From the NCBI RefSeq assembly GCF_001194135.2, contig NC_068987.1, positions 95,902,925-95,966,924 on the forward strand: DNA of 64,000 nucleotides, given 5' to 3'. The stretch is from Octopus bimaculoides. Its lineage: Eukaryota. The translations under genes and the position numbers were made by a program. Position 1 is the stretch's first letter. Every line of letters starts with the position of its first letter. The notes beneath the pieces are model-generated. The model saw only the letters and a program-made list of their open reading frames with translations, ran no database searches and was not told where the DNA came from. Below, in pieces: positions 13,388-23,545 of the stretch.

Positions 13388-16300
13388 TGTATGTATGTAT
13401 GCATATATGCATGCATGTATGTATGTATGTATGTACGTACATACTTACATACGTCCGTATATATGTGTATGGGACCTTGATGACTGCCATGAGGCAGGAA
13501 AGCATACTAGTCCTTATATATTTAATACTCTATATTTAATACTCAATATTTCATATATTCAATAAGACATTTAATACTTCATTTCATTTTACTATTTATA
13601 TTATATATTCCATATTCTATATCCCACATTAATTTTATAAGAATATAAATAAAACATAAAAAAAAGAGTTGGAACTCTTTTAAATAATATATTCCTCTAT
13701 ACATGATCATGCAAAACCCTTTTTTATATTTTTTCATTTTTATCAGGAGTGGCTATGTGGTAAGTAGCTTGCTTCCCAACCACATGGTTCCGGGTTCAGT
13801 CCCACTGCGTGGCACCTTGGGCAAGTGTCTTCTACTATAGCCTCGGGCCAACCAAAGCCTTGTGAGTGGATTTGGTAAACGGAAACTGAAAGAAGCTCAT
13901 TGTATGTATGTATATATATGTATATGTGTGTGTGTTTGTCCCCCTAGCATTGCTTGACAACTGATGCTGGTGTGTTTATGTCCTCATCACTTAGCGGTTC
14001 AGCAAAAGAGACCGATAGAATAAGTACTAGGATTACAAAGAATAAGTCCCAGAGTCGATTTGCTCGACTAAAGGCAGTGCTCCAGCATGGCTGCAGTCAA
14101 ATGACTGAAACAAATAAAAGAGTAAAAGAGAGTAAAGAGTATATGGAAAAACCATTATTGTAAACCAGCTATATTCCAAAATGAGTTTGGAATCAACACT
14201 AAACATTGATTACAACTAAACAACTAAAATAACTTACCCCTTGTATATTTGAGCGAAGCCATACATCAGTCGACAATGTCTTTTCTTTTGACCTTATCGT
14301 GTCAGTTAAACTTCGTCTTTGGTAGTAAATAGCAAAGTTGTTTAATGTAATAGTTGCAATGGTGTGTCGAGCGGAAATAGAAGAGAAAGAGAAAAAATTA
14401 TAATTAGCTTCAATAATGAAATCTATCAGAGGATTCAGTATAGTGGCAAACAGAATTTGGTATGACATTTAACTCCATCCTGTTATGTTCTTGGATCCCT
14501 TTATATTCTTTCAGTTCCTCAAAGAATCACTAGAATGTTGGGCAAAATGTGTTGGGGTAGATATATTGCTTTATGAGGATGTAACAAAGAAGTAAAAAAA
14601 AATTTAAAAACTAGTTCATAATCATAAGAACTGGGTTCTTTCTACAATGCACCTTGGGAAAGTGAGTTATAGTATAGTCTCAGGTGGATTCAAGCATTGT
14701 GAGCAATAGTGAGTACACAGAAAGTAAATGGGAGCCCACTGGATGAGTTGCAGTAATAACAAAAATGTGCACACCTGTATACATACACATACACCTCTCT
14801 CTCTCTGTATTTGATGTCTCTAGTGTATGTGTGTGTATATATATATATATATATATCATCATCATCATCATCATCATCATCATTATTTAACGTCTGCTTT
14901 CCATGCTGGCATGACTTGTATGGCTTGACTGAGGACTGGCGAGCCAGAAGGCTGCATCAGGCTCCAATCTAAACTGGCAAAGTTTCTACACCTGGATACC
15001 CTTCCTAACTCCAACCACTCCGAGTGTAGTGGGTGCTTTTACTTGCCACTGGCACAAGGGCCAGTCAGGCAGCTCTGGCAATGACCATGCTCAAAAGGTA
15101 TTTTTTACATGCCACCTGCACGGGAGCCAGTCCGGCGGCACTGGCAATGACCTCGCTCGAATGTTGGTTTTTTCACGTGCCAGTAAGGCGACACTGGCGA
15201 CGATCATGCTCGAATGGTGCTTTTTACATACCACCAGCACAGGAGCCAACTAGTGGCCCTGGCAACGATCACTTTCAGATGGTGCTTTTAACATTCCACT
15301 AGCACGAGTGCCAATCAGGCACCACTGTCATCGGTCACATCAGTGATTTTGATTTTGATTTCACTTGCCTCAACAGGTCTTCGCAAGCAAACTTTATTGT
15401 CCAATGAACGAGGGGTATTCATAAGTGGGCTGGTTACACTCACTGGCATAGGCCACGGGTTATGGTCTCATTTGGCTTGCCGGGTCTTCTCAAGCAGAGC
15501 ATATCTCCAAAGGTCTCAGTCACTAGTCATTGCCTCAGTAAGGCCCAGTATTTGAAGGTCGTGCTTCACCACCTCATCCCAGGTCTTCCTGGGTCTACCT
15601 CTTCCACAGGTTCCCTCAACTGCAGCGGTGTGACACTTTTTCACACAGCTGTCCTCATTCATTCGCAACACATGACTATACTAGCGCAGTCGTCTCTCTT
15701 GCACACCACATCTGATGCTTCTTAAATCCAACTTTTCTCTCGTGGCACTTACACTCTGTCATGTATGCACACTGACATTATACAACCAGCAGAGCATACT
15801 GGCTTCATTCCTTGCAAGCTTATGCATGTCCTCAGCAGTCATGATCCATGTTTCATTGCCATGTAGCATGGCTGTTCGTACATATGCATCATACAGTCTA
15901 CCTTTTATTCTGAGCAAGAGGCCCTTTGTCACCAGCAGAGGTAGGAGCTCTCTGAACTTTGCCCAAGCTATTCTTATTCTAGCAGCTACACTTTCAGAGC
16001 ATCCACCCCCTGCTACAAGATTAGAAATGTTCAGCTGAAGAAGGATGCAAGGGACATGCCTGTATGCAAGGACAACCTCAATTTTACTTAGCTTGATGTG
16101 TCTTCTCAAGCACAGAAAACTCAGAAATCTTGGTCCCCTGTCATCCCCTCTGTAAAGTTCAATGTCTGAAAATCCTTTCTCACTACTTCATCCAAATAAG
16201 ATATTAATAAAAAATGTTCTCAATCTTACATGACTTCTCGCTTATTGCTTAGATTCACTGGCATGGCGTTTAATGCATCTTTGCCTTCGCTTGTTAGGTA

Positions 16301-18107
16301 TCCATCGTCTATTAGTTCGTCAGATTCTAACTTCTGCAGAATGTCTTTGCTGGTTGCTTTTTGTCGCATCCTCACAGTTTTATACATCAAAGATTTTGAT
16401 CGGAAAGTTTTTCGTTTTTTAATAGTGTTAGTTGTTGATCTAGATCTTAGTGTTCCATCTCTTGCTCTTGAAAGGTCAGTCACTAGAAGAAAAAATCATT
16501 TTATTAGTAGACAAAGCTGCAGAGACATTATGAATGTGAGTTTAACTCTTTTAACACCAAACCATCAAGGACTAATTTGTCCCCACAATACAAACAACTC
16601 ATTTTGAAATATTCAAATTTAAATTAACCCTTTAACTGTCCAAATTATTTGCATAATTTTGTCCTAAACATCCAAGCTTGTTTTCAGACTTTAGTTAGGC
16701 CTTATTTCAGATGTTCTGAGTAATATAAAGCTTTTCTTTCAAAAGTCCCAAGTTACTCTGGTAACTGAATGAAACTGGGAATGTATATCATATTTATTAT
16801 TATTATGGCTTGGTTCCAACCTGGGCAGCAGCAATAAAGTCTGGCTGCCTCATTTCTCAGTCTATCATCACTACTTCAAGGTCCTGGATACATACCAGGC
16901 CAGTGTCTGCAATCAAGTTGTCTTAATTGTGACAACATTTTCTTCTTCTTACATCACCATGAAGTGGGTTCCACAAGACTAATTTGGATGCTTCCACTTC
17001 AGAGTGGCACACATAGTAACCAGATAATTGCAGCTGTCTTTGCCCAGTCTTCTTGCTAACTTTTGGCAGGTTTCTATAAAGGCATTCATTTGTTATGCAT
17101 TGCTGCCATTTCACATTTAGGGCAATTCATAGCATTCTTGTGTAGCTTCCATTTAGCCCATTTGATAATTTCTTGGGTGAGCAATTCAGAAGCAGACATC
17201 AAGATCAGGAAGGCACAAGCATGGATAGCCTGTCACAAACTAAAAATCTGGAACTCCAAATTGTCCAGGCAAATCAAAATCAAGCAGTTCATGGCAACTG
17301 TTGAATCAATGTTATTATATGGCAGTGAAACATGTGTATCATAAATAATGCATGGATACCAGGGTAATATGTCCTATGTATTATGTGTGATACACAGATC
17401 AGGAAAAGGGTTAAAACCATCTATCATAATTTTCATGTCAGAGCCTTTTGTTTATTTATATTCCAAACAGCAGTTTAAATATAATGAAAGTTAGTTTATT
17501 AACCATTTAGCATCTAGATTATTTTGTCAAATGTAATGCTAATTTATTTGACAATGTGTGTGTCTGCATATGCATGTGTAATTGTGAGAATGTGACGATG
17601 GAAAAATTTGTATGTGTGTATGTCTTTGTGTCTGTGCTTGCACACACATGCACTTGTATATGTGTGTATATGCATGTAAAGCTGAACATTATGTGTGTAT
17701 GTGAATGTGTACATGTGAAAATTTATGTATTTGTGTGTGTGTGTGCAGCTGCATGTGTGTGTGTGTGCAGCTGCATGTGTGTATGTGAAGCTGTATGTAC
17801 ACACATTTGAAACTGTGTGTATGTGTTGTATGTATGTATACATTTGAACTTAGATGTATGCATAAAGGTGTGTGTGTGTGTGTGTGTGTGTGCGTGTGTG
17901 TGTGTGTGTGCATGTAGATATATCTGTAAATAAATAAGAATAAAAACAAAATCAATGTCTCCTTACTGAGTCTGTTGCTGGGAAGGTTCTGGATCAACTG
18001 TTCCGTGAAACTGTCTGACTGTGAGGGTGAAAACTGGGATGGTTCAATATTATGAAGCTCATAGCTGCTCTCCCCTTGGTCCATATCATATGCGTAGCCA
18101 TGATTGT
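1797..18107 (-). CDS. TMC: Transmembrane channel-like (TMC family) gene, partial; 10 exons resolved, closest in style to the TMC5/TMC7 group
   Basis: Spliced translation gives TMC hallmarks: IEGLFGSSVTSYFLFLKWLFFLN, GWMANTELFYGFY, KIFTIWDY, ESYELPQTNLYVTMVR and the TMC-domain signature CWETFISQEIYRL. Phases match at all testable junctions. Subfamily is not firmly resolved. Confidence 0.93.
1915..2300. repeat. (GAT/GAC/AAT)-rich low-complexity intronic tract
   Basis: Degenerate trinucleotide repeats. Confidence 0.8.
2343..2655. repeat. 19-bp minisatellite (GCAAGCTAATCTGATGAAT)n
   Basis: Direct reading; spans a 10-N gap. Confidence 0.92.
2740..3110. repeat. Degenerate ~21-bp tandem repeat (gaatgcttgagtaatgcctgc-like)
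   Basis: Direct reading. Confidence 0.75.
3197..3278 (-). CDS. TMC: TMC exon (RTMLLSIVNMAMLCLYWSRKVIMNESTQ)
   Basis: TAG acceptor, GTGAGA donor, 82 nt, phase 2 to 0. Confidence 0.9.
4322..4590 (+). mobile_element. Degenerate tRNA-derived SINE
   Basis: tggccctgtggttag A-box-like head, ttcttgagcaa core. Confidence 0.55.
5057..5199 (-). CDS. TMC: TMC exon (TSNEFLQDFGVPILMSASNLLLPLIF...NLYVTMV)
   Basis: CAG acceptor, GTAAGA donor, 143 nt, phase 0 to 2. Confidence 0.93.
5299..5520 (+). mobile_element. TTAA-flanked piggyBac-type MITE
   Basis: TTAA-CCCTTTAG start and degenerate ...AATGGG-TTAA end; same body recurs elsewhere in the window. Confidence 0.7.
5980..6138 (-). CDS. TMC: TMC exon (EYLSEFKD...RLLSHILVLCLISACGYAVYYLSTNLKDE)
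   Basis: CAG acceptor, GTAAGT donor, 159 nt, phase 0 to 0. Confidence 0.93.
6300..6730 (-). mobile_element. RTE 3' UTR-only insertion
   Basis: Matches 14885-15340; ~64-bp tandem units; (CAT)n tail. Confidence 0.75.
7967..8117 (-). CDS. TMC: TMC exon (SIARSYKENY...KIFTIWDY...HNEIK)
   Basis: TAG acceptor, GTAAGT donor, 151 nt, phase 2 to 0. Confidence 0.93.
9232..9377 (-). CDS. TMC: TMC exon (GWMANTELFYGFY...LILCAMFY)
   Basis: CAG acceptor, AG|GTGACA donor, 146 nt, phase 0 to 2. Confidence 0.92.
10152..10359. mobile_element. About 208-bp hairpin (palindromic MITE-like) element
   Basis: About 85-bp inverted arms (atattctgttgtgtctggggagagtc... / ...gactctcccagacacaacagaatat); left end abuts an (AT)n run. 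Confidence 0.7.
10490..11575 (+). mobile_element. 5'-truncated RTE LINE (ORF2 C-terminus + 3' UTR)
   Basis: IAWAKFRELL...RRLRWYGH...GRGRPRKTW...EKTRQAK*; followed by the repeat-containing UTR. Confidence 0.9.
11769..12451. other. Assembly gap truncating a TMC exon
   Basis: N-run. Other gaps: 713-1080, 2496-2505, 3477-3486, 9574-9724, 19295-19304, about 51236-51411, 52467-52476, 54271-54781. Confidence 0.98.
12452..12640 (-). CDS. TMC: TMC exon including first TM segment; 3' end lost in N-gap
   Basis: tgtatttcag acceptor; SWSRFKRRLRNMTYYIGLWQSVIKKIEGLFGSSVTSYFLFLKWLFFLNGFTFFLMFCFQVLPQ runs into the gap. Confidence 0.93.
13745..14137 (+). mobile_element. tRNA-derived SINE (family A)
   Basis: ggagtggct..tggtaag head, ggttcagtccc B box, ccttgggcaagtgtc core, internal microsatellite, aagtaaaagag tail. 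Confidence 0.85.
14238..14316 (-). CDS. TMC: TMC exon (RSLTDTIRSKEKTLSTDVWLRSNIQG)
   Basis: AAG acceptor, GTAAGT donor, 79 nt, phase 2 to 0 bridges both neighbours. Confidence 0.72.
14870..16020 (-). mobile_element. 5'-truncated RTE LINE with tandem-repeat 3' UTR and (TGA)n tail
   Basis: GGCSESVAARIRIAWAKFRELLPLL...; UTR with ~65-bp units; (CAT)n at the left end. Confidence 0.9.
16230..16482 (-). CDS. TMC: TMC exon (TDLSRARDG...NAMPVNLSNKREV)
   Basis: ttttttcttctag acceptor, GTAAGA donor, 253 nt open, phase 1 to 2. Confidence 0.8.
16793..17331 (-). mobile_element. RTE-clade LINE fragment with inverted 5' portion (twin-priming type)
   Basis: Minus part GSYTRML...LNVKWQQ...SKLVLWNPLHG; plus part IRKAQAW...LLYGSET; ~12-bp TSD atgt(a/g)tatcata; (ATA)n tail. 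Confidence 0.75.
17967..18107 (-). CDS. TMC: TMC exon (N-terminal; xDNHGYAYDMDQGESS...NLPSNRL)
   Basis: Pyrimidine tract + TAG acceptor; GTAAGG donor; 141 nt; its phase-1 end joins the next exon in frame. Could also be the ATG-containing exon (ATG at 18084). Confidence 0.7.
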
Positions 18108-18789
18108 CTAGCAGATAAAAAGAGACAGATAAATAACAACATAAATACCATTGTTAACTGATTAAAGTAATTGATTAATTAAAAGGATACTTTACAAATA
18201 AGATCTAATTAAACTTTTCTTTCAGCTTAACTAAATAAAGTGTAGATTAGTTTTGGAAATTAGGGTGCTGGCCAAATATTCACACAATCAATTGTATGTA
18301 ATCTGTTACAAAACTAACTTATGTCTGTGTTCATAGAGTAATGGCATAAAACTCCAGGAATCAGCTGTACAATATTTGTTCCAACACTGATTTAAATCTG
18401 TGTCAATAGGATATTCCTCAAACATTCAAGAGGTCAACCGTATGTTGTTTATTACCAACACAGACTTATGTCTTTGACCTTGATGTGGGTACTAATCAAA
18501 CAATAAAATGCTCAGCAGTGTGTTATATGTTACTAACACTGATCATGTCTAAGAACAATCCTTATTCATTCCTGTGATTCAGGCAAGAATTAGCTTGAAT
18601 TATGATGACTAAATCAATATATTGATGAATCCTTTTAATTAAGTACAAAACTAATTTTTGTTGGGGACAGGAGTGGTTGAAAAAATTTCTAGGATCAATT
18701 TAAGCATCAACTGATTGACAAGCTGAAGTGAGTTATGATGTAATTTGAATTGGTGAGGGAAGCCCAGTTCTACAAATGTATATATACAT

Positions 18790-19294
18790 AAACACATAAT
18801 GCTTCCAGAATCTATTTTGCAGAGATGAGCAAGTTTTCTCAAGAACCACAAACTGCAAGTCATCCGAGTCCTTTGTCACTTCCTCCATGAGGTTCAAGGT
18901 TCTGAGATCAGCCTTCAACAATTCATTCCATGTTTCATAGTTCTCTTTCTTCTGCAAGCTCCATCAGCACTCTCTTTATACAGCTGTCCTCATCCATATG
19001 CAACACATGTCCATACCAGTGCAGTCCCCATTTTTCCACACAATATCTGGTTTCTCTTATGACCAATTTTACTCTTAACATACCTGCGTTTTGTCATTCT
19101 CACACTGCACATCCAACACTTACACTGCACATCTTACACTTACACTGCACATCCAACACTTACTCTGCACATCCAACAGTGTCCTAACTTCATTTCCTTT
19201 CCAGTCTTTTCAAGTCCTCTGCATTCGAGGCCTATGTCTCACTACCATGCATCATTGCAGTTGTAACACAAGCATTATACAATCTCACAAAGCC
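18790..19294 (-). mobile_element. Degenerate RTE 3' fragment
   Basis: RLYNACVTTAMMHGSET and TWNELLKADLRTLNL...VLEKT match the RTE copies in this window. Confidence 0.75.
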
Positions 19295-19675
19295 NNNNNN
19301 NNNNGGGAGGAGAAGAAGAAGAAGACGAAGAAGAAGAAGACGAAGAAGAAGACGAAGAAGAAGACGAAGAAGAAGGAGGAGGAGGAGGAGTAGGTTGTGG
19401 GCAATGAAGAAAGTGGCTATGATACAATTAGTAATTGGTGCACTTGGAAGTATCAGCACTCAACTATTAATATGGCTGAAAAAGATTGGTACAAATGTAA
19501 AAGGTAGAACACCTACAAAAATCAACATTGCTTGGAACTGCAAGATTTCTCTGCAGGGTTCTTGAAGCATGATCAGTAAACAAGTGTCACCTTAGTTTGC
19601 TGGCAGTGGACAACTGACACTTTCCATCATACCCAGCAAAATAAACTGAGAGTTTTCATCAAATAATAATAATAA

Positions 19676-19855
19676 TACAGTTCTATATTTAAGAGATGAG
19701 GAATTATGTACATTATTTACAATTGACTGATATTTGTCCTCATCTTGTTTGTTGTTAACACAACGTTTCGTCTGATATACCCTCCAGCCTTCATCAGGTT
19801 TCTTGAAGAAATTTCGAACCTGGGTTCTCATTCCTAAGGTATTTTTCGATGTTAT
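19676..19855 (-). mobile_element. Penelope-type terminal repeat with hammerhead motif (inverted copy)
   Basis: Reverse complement of 19982-20120 with a longer 3' end. Confidence 0.7.
19757..19802 (-). ncRNA. Minimal type I hammerhead ribozyme motif (GUU site retained; stems I and II each one mismatch)
   Basis: gaaac-CUGAUGA-A-GGCUG..CAGAC-GAAAC-GUU-gugUU. Confidence 0.6.
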
Positions 19856-19889
19856 TATTATTATTATTATTATTATCATTATTGCCCAT

Positions 19890-20120
19890 GGGCATATGGC
19901 GTAGTGGTTAAGAGCACGGGCTACTAACCCCAAGATTCCGAGTTCGATTCCAGGCAGGAACCTGAATAATAATAATAATAACATTGAAAAATACCTTAGG
20001 GATGAGAACCCAGGTTCGAAATTTCCCCAAGACACCTGATGAAGGCTGGAGGGTATATCAGCCGAAACGTGTTAACAACAAACAAGTTGAGGACAAATAT
20101 CCATCAATTGTAAATAATGT
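19890..20120 (+). mobile_element. tRNA-headed repeat + (AAT)n + Penelope-type hammerhead body
   Basis: A box TGGCGTAGTGG 19897-19907, B box GAGTTCGATTCC 19940-19951, then the hammerhead-containing body. Confidence 0.7.
20031..20073 (+). ncRNA. Minimal type I hammerhead motif (intact stems, 3-nt cleavage-site deletion)
   Basis: GACAC-CUGAUGA-A-GGCUG-loop-CAGCC-GAAAC-(GUU missing)-GUGUU. Confidence 0.6.
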
Positions 20121-20369
20121 AAATAATAATAATAACAATGATAATTATTTCTAATTTTGGCACAAGGTCAGCAATTTTAAGGGGATTCTTAACATAGACA
20201 CAAGCTATACCAGTTATAAACTACAGCTTAGAAACGTTGTTTTTAAGCATTTGGTCAATCCAGCTGTTGGTATTTCATAGACGTTTTTTGCTTGTGACAG
20301 GTCATATTCTCCTTGCATGTGTAGTAGGTAGGTTCCGTATGTTAATGTGTATAATAATAATAATATTTA

Positions 20370-20735
20370 GTAGTAGGTAAAGAGAATAGAAAGTGCCAGA
20401 TAATTGACTTTACCGTCCCAAATGATGAGAAAATCAATATGAGAGTTATAGAGAAATTAGCAAAGTATCAGGACCTAGCCATAGAGTTACAGAGACTGGA
20501 CAGTGCAGGTAAAATGTATCCCAGTAATTATAGGTGCATTAGGAACTATCACTAAAGATTTGAACAGATTAATAGAGGAAATAGGCATAAAACCCAGTTT
20601 ATTACAGCTCCAGAAAACAGTGTTATTAGGGACAGTTAAGATACATAGGAGGGTTCTTGGCATCTAAGGTTATTTGTTGTTGCCCAATGTTAGGAATTTT
20701 TCTTTTCCAACAGTCTAATCTGTTGTGAGTACATG
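20370..20735 (+). mobile_element. R4/Dong-like LINE 3' fragment (REL endonuclease C-terminus)
   Basis: IIDFTVPNDEK...EKLAKYQDLAIELQRL/W...PVIIGALG...QKTVLLGT..I.RRVLGI* (stop 20667), one frameshift; TAA repeats on both flanks. Confidence 0.8.
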
Positions 20736-21139
20736 AATAATAATGATGATGATGATGATGATGATGATAATAATAATATGAACAGAAAGAAAAATTTAAA
20801 CAAGAAATGAATAAAAAAAAAGAAAAAGCATAGAAGGAAAAGAAAATGTATGGTCAGTTTGCAAGAGATGTGAACGTTAAGACAGATGCCGAGGACCGGT
20901 AGCTATGGATGAGGAGGAGTGACAATAATAATAATAATGGTCTGCAACATAAACACAAGGTCACTACTTTCAGTTGACTAAATTGACCTAATACTCGACT
21001 AGTGTTCATTTTCTCAAAATGTTTTATATTTAAACCCAGACAAAAAAAAAAAAAAAGAAAAGAAAACTCTGAAGACATTTCTGTCCAGTGTTCCACCAAT
21101 TTTGCATGTCCAATGCCCTAATAATTGTCTCCAGTATAT

Positions 21140-22560
21140 CTATAAGGCCTGGAATTTGGAAGAAGTAATTAGTTGATTACACCCATCCTAGTACTTCACT
21201 GAGACTTTATTCTATCAACCCTGAAAGGATGAAAGGTGAAGTTGATCTCAGTGAGATTTGAACTTAGAATGTAAAGAGCTGCAGGAGTGGCTGTATAGGC
21301 ACAGGGGTGGCTGTGTGGTAAGTAGCTTGCTTACCAACCACGTGGTTCTAGATTCAGCCCCACTGTGTGGCACCTTGGGCAAGTGTTTTCTACTATAGCC
21401 TCAGGCTGACCAAAGCCTTGTGAGTGGATTTGTTAGACGGAAACTGAAAGAAGCAATTTCAGGGGAGGGGATAAGTTATTTACAATGACCCCAGTGCTCA
21501 GCTGGTACTTATACTATTGACCTCAAAAGGATGAAAGGCAAAGTTGACTTCAGTACAATTTGAATTGTAGATCAGAGATAAACAATACACAAGGGATATT
21601 GTTTCAGATGAGAAGTGGGCACTTTTTGTAATACTATCCAAAGAAACCTTAGAAAACAAACAGTTAGGATTGTCATGATTGCTATGTTTTTAATCATATC
21701 TTTTAATCAAAGTCAAGCTGTGATTAATGTACAACCAGAGCATTGGCTAATGTAATTCTAGATACACTGTACAAGGTAAAAATTTGATTTTAAAAAAATG
21801 AGAGATGATCACAGCTGCAATAACTGTGTGTATAGGTCTGCTCATCCTAACTGTCTTTTATTTAAACAGTGTATCAAGACTTCATTATCCAGTGTATTCA
21901 GCTTTTTAAGGTAGTAAAAGTATGAGGGAGGAGTATGTGAAAAATTGTTGTTTAGCCACGGGACAGGCTTGATTGATAAGACACATGATTAAGGCTACAT
22001 AATAACTACCATCTAGTCTTTTGTTTTTAGATATAATGTGTCTAAGACAACATCATATTGAGATTATTGACCTTAGTGAGATTTGATCTCATAACAGTAA
22101 GAGCTGTAACTAAATACAAGGAATGTTGTCTAATACCCGAACCCACATTTTTGAGGTAGTAGTTTAGTTGATATCAATGATCCCAGTACTTGACTGGTAT
22201 TTAATTTTATCAATCCTGAAGGGGTGAAAGTCAAAGTTGTTTGTGGAAGGATTCAAATTCAGAAGACAAAGACCCAAGACAAATATCTTAAGGCATTTTT
22301 CTTGATTCTCTAATGGTTCTACTAATTCACTGCCCCAATTATAATTGTTTCAAACTTTGGCATAAGGCCAGCCATTTTAGGGGATGAGGTTAGTCAATTA
22401 TATTCACCCCAGTACTTGGCCAATACTTTATTTTATCAACTGAAAAGGACGAAAGGCAAAAGTCATTTTGGCAGGATTTGAACTCAAGAGTGTAAAGAAC
22501 TGGAAGAATGTCACTAAGTATTTTGTCCATAATGGTAATGATTCTGCCAGCTCACAGCCT
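21140..22560 (-). mobile_element. Cluster of degenerate SINE family C copies (with a family A fragment)
   Basis: Repeated gatgaaaggcaaagt...atttgaact blocks. Confidence 0.65.
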
Positions 22561-22839
22561 TCAATAATAATAATAATAATAATAATAAAAATAATAATAA
22601 TAAAAATAATAATGATTTCTTTTAGCTGTTTATTTGCCACCAAGGATGATGAGAATGATACAAAGACAGACATAATGTGTTGGGATTTGTATAAAACTGA
22701 ATGATTAAAATAGAAGTATACATGGTATACAGTATTATAATAGCAGATGATGATGCTATCTCCCTGGTACAGGAGGAACTCTAGGGCTAGTCAAAGAACC
22801 CCACAATCCAAAACCTTGAACATAAAGAGCAAGTGCCCT

Positions 22840-23545
22840 TTCTAATGGTTGTTCTTTCACTTACAGACTTTTGCTTTAGTCTCATCCATTCTTGCTATTT
22901 CCACTGTTCTCGCCCACATTTCAATAAATTCACTCAATGACAGCATCTCCCTCTTCACCCCCACATATTTTTGAAGAAAAACTTGTAAAAGTTGATGAGG
23001 GCTCTACCAAAGAGGAAAGTCTGTCTTTATATCTCACCGTACGACTTCTCTGGTGATAGCCATTAGATAGAACTGCCTTTGCTGCCTAGTTGAAGGATGT
23101 CAACAGAGCAATTATCAAGATGAACTCAGCAGACATCTGGATCCATCCTATAAGCAACAGTAGTTGTTTGACATAGCAATGCCTGAACACTGAACAAGTG
23201 CATGTAGAACAGTTTCATTGCCCTTGTATGCATCTTGGATAAGCCCATTTGACAGCACTTCAATGCCTGTGTAGTGTACCATAAACTAGTAGCATTTCTC
23301 ATAGTACTGCCAGGTTAAGGGCTTCTGAAAATTATTCATATTAGATCTCGATCTAAAAGTCCTCTGGAACAGACTAGCTAGGTCATTTTCATCAATGTCC
23401 ACAATTTTCCTGAGAATGTTTGTCACTCTTTGCCACATATCATCAAAAGACTGCTAGAGTAGCATATCTACCAATCCTGTTTCCAGACTAGTAGACCACT
23501 TAACAACATTCTAGATGCTAGGCACTTGGTCTTGGTTTTTGCTTC
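22840..23545 (-). mobile_element. Degenerate L1/Tx1-like LINE 3' fragment
   Basis: ETVLHALVQC zinc-knuckle-like motif; C-terminal SEFIEMWART. A similar end (SSKFVERWMRV) lies at 24290-24400. Confidence 0.5.

Noticed and set aside
13126-13565. Cys/His/Tyr-rich ORFs (also 17544-18084 tail, 44315-44734, 50277-50779)
   Set aside because: Translations of (GT)n, (GTAT)n and (GA)n repeats.
18733-18957. ORF as an upstream TMC exon
   Set aside because: It matches the RTE ORF2 C-terminus seen elsewhere in the window.
19890-19963. Functional tRNA gene (ACT anticodon loop)
   Set aside because: Anticodon and acceptor stems pair poorly; it reads as a SINE head.
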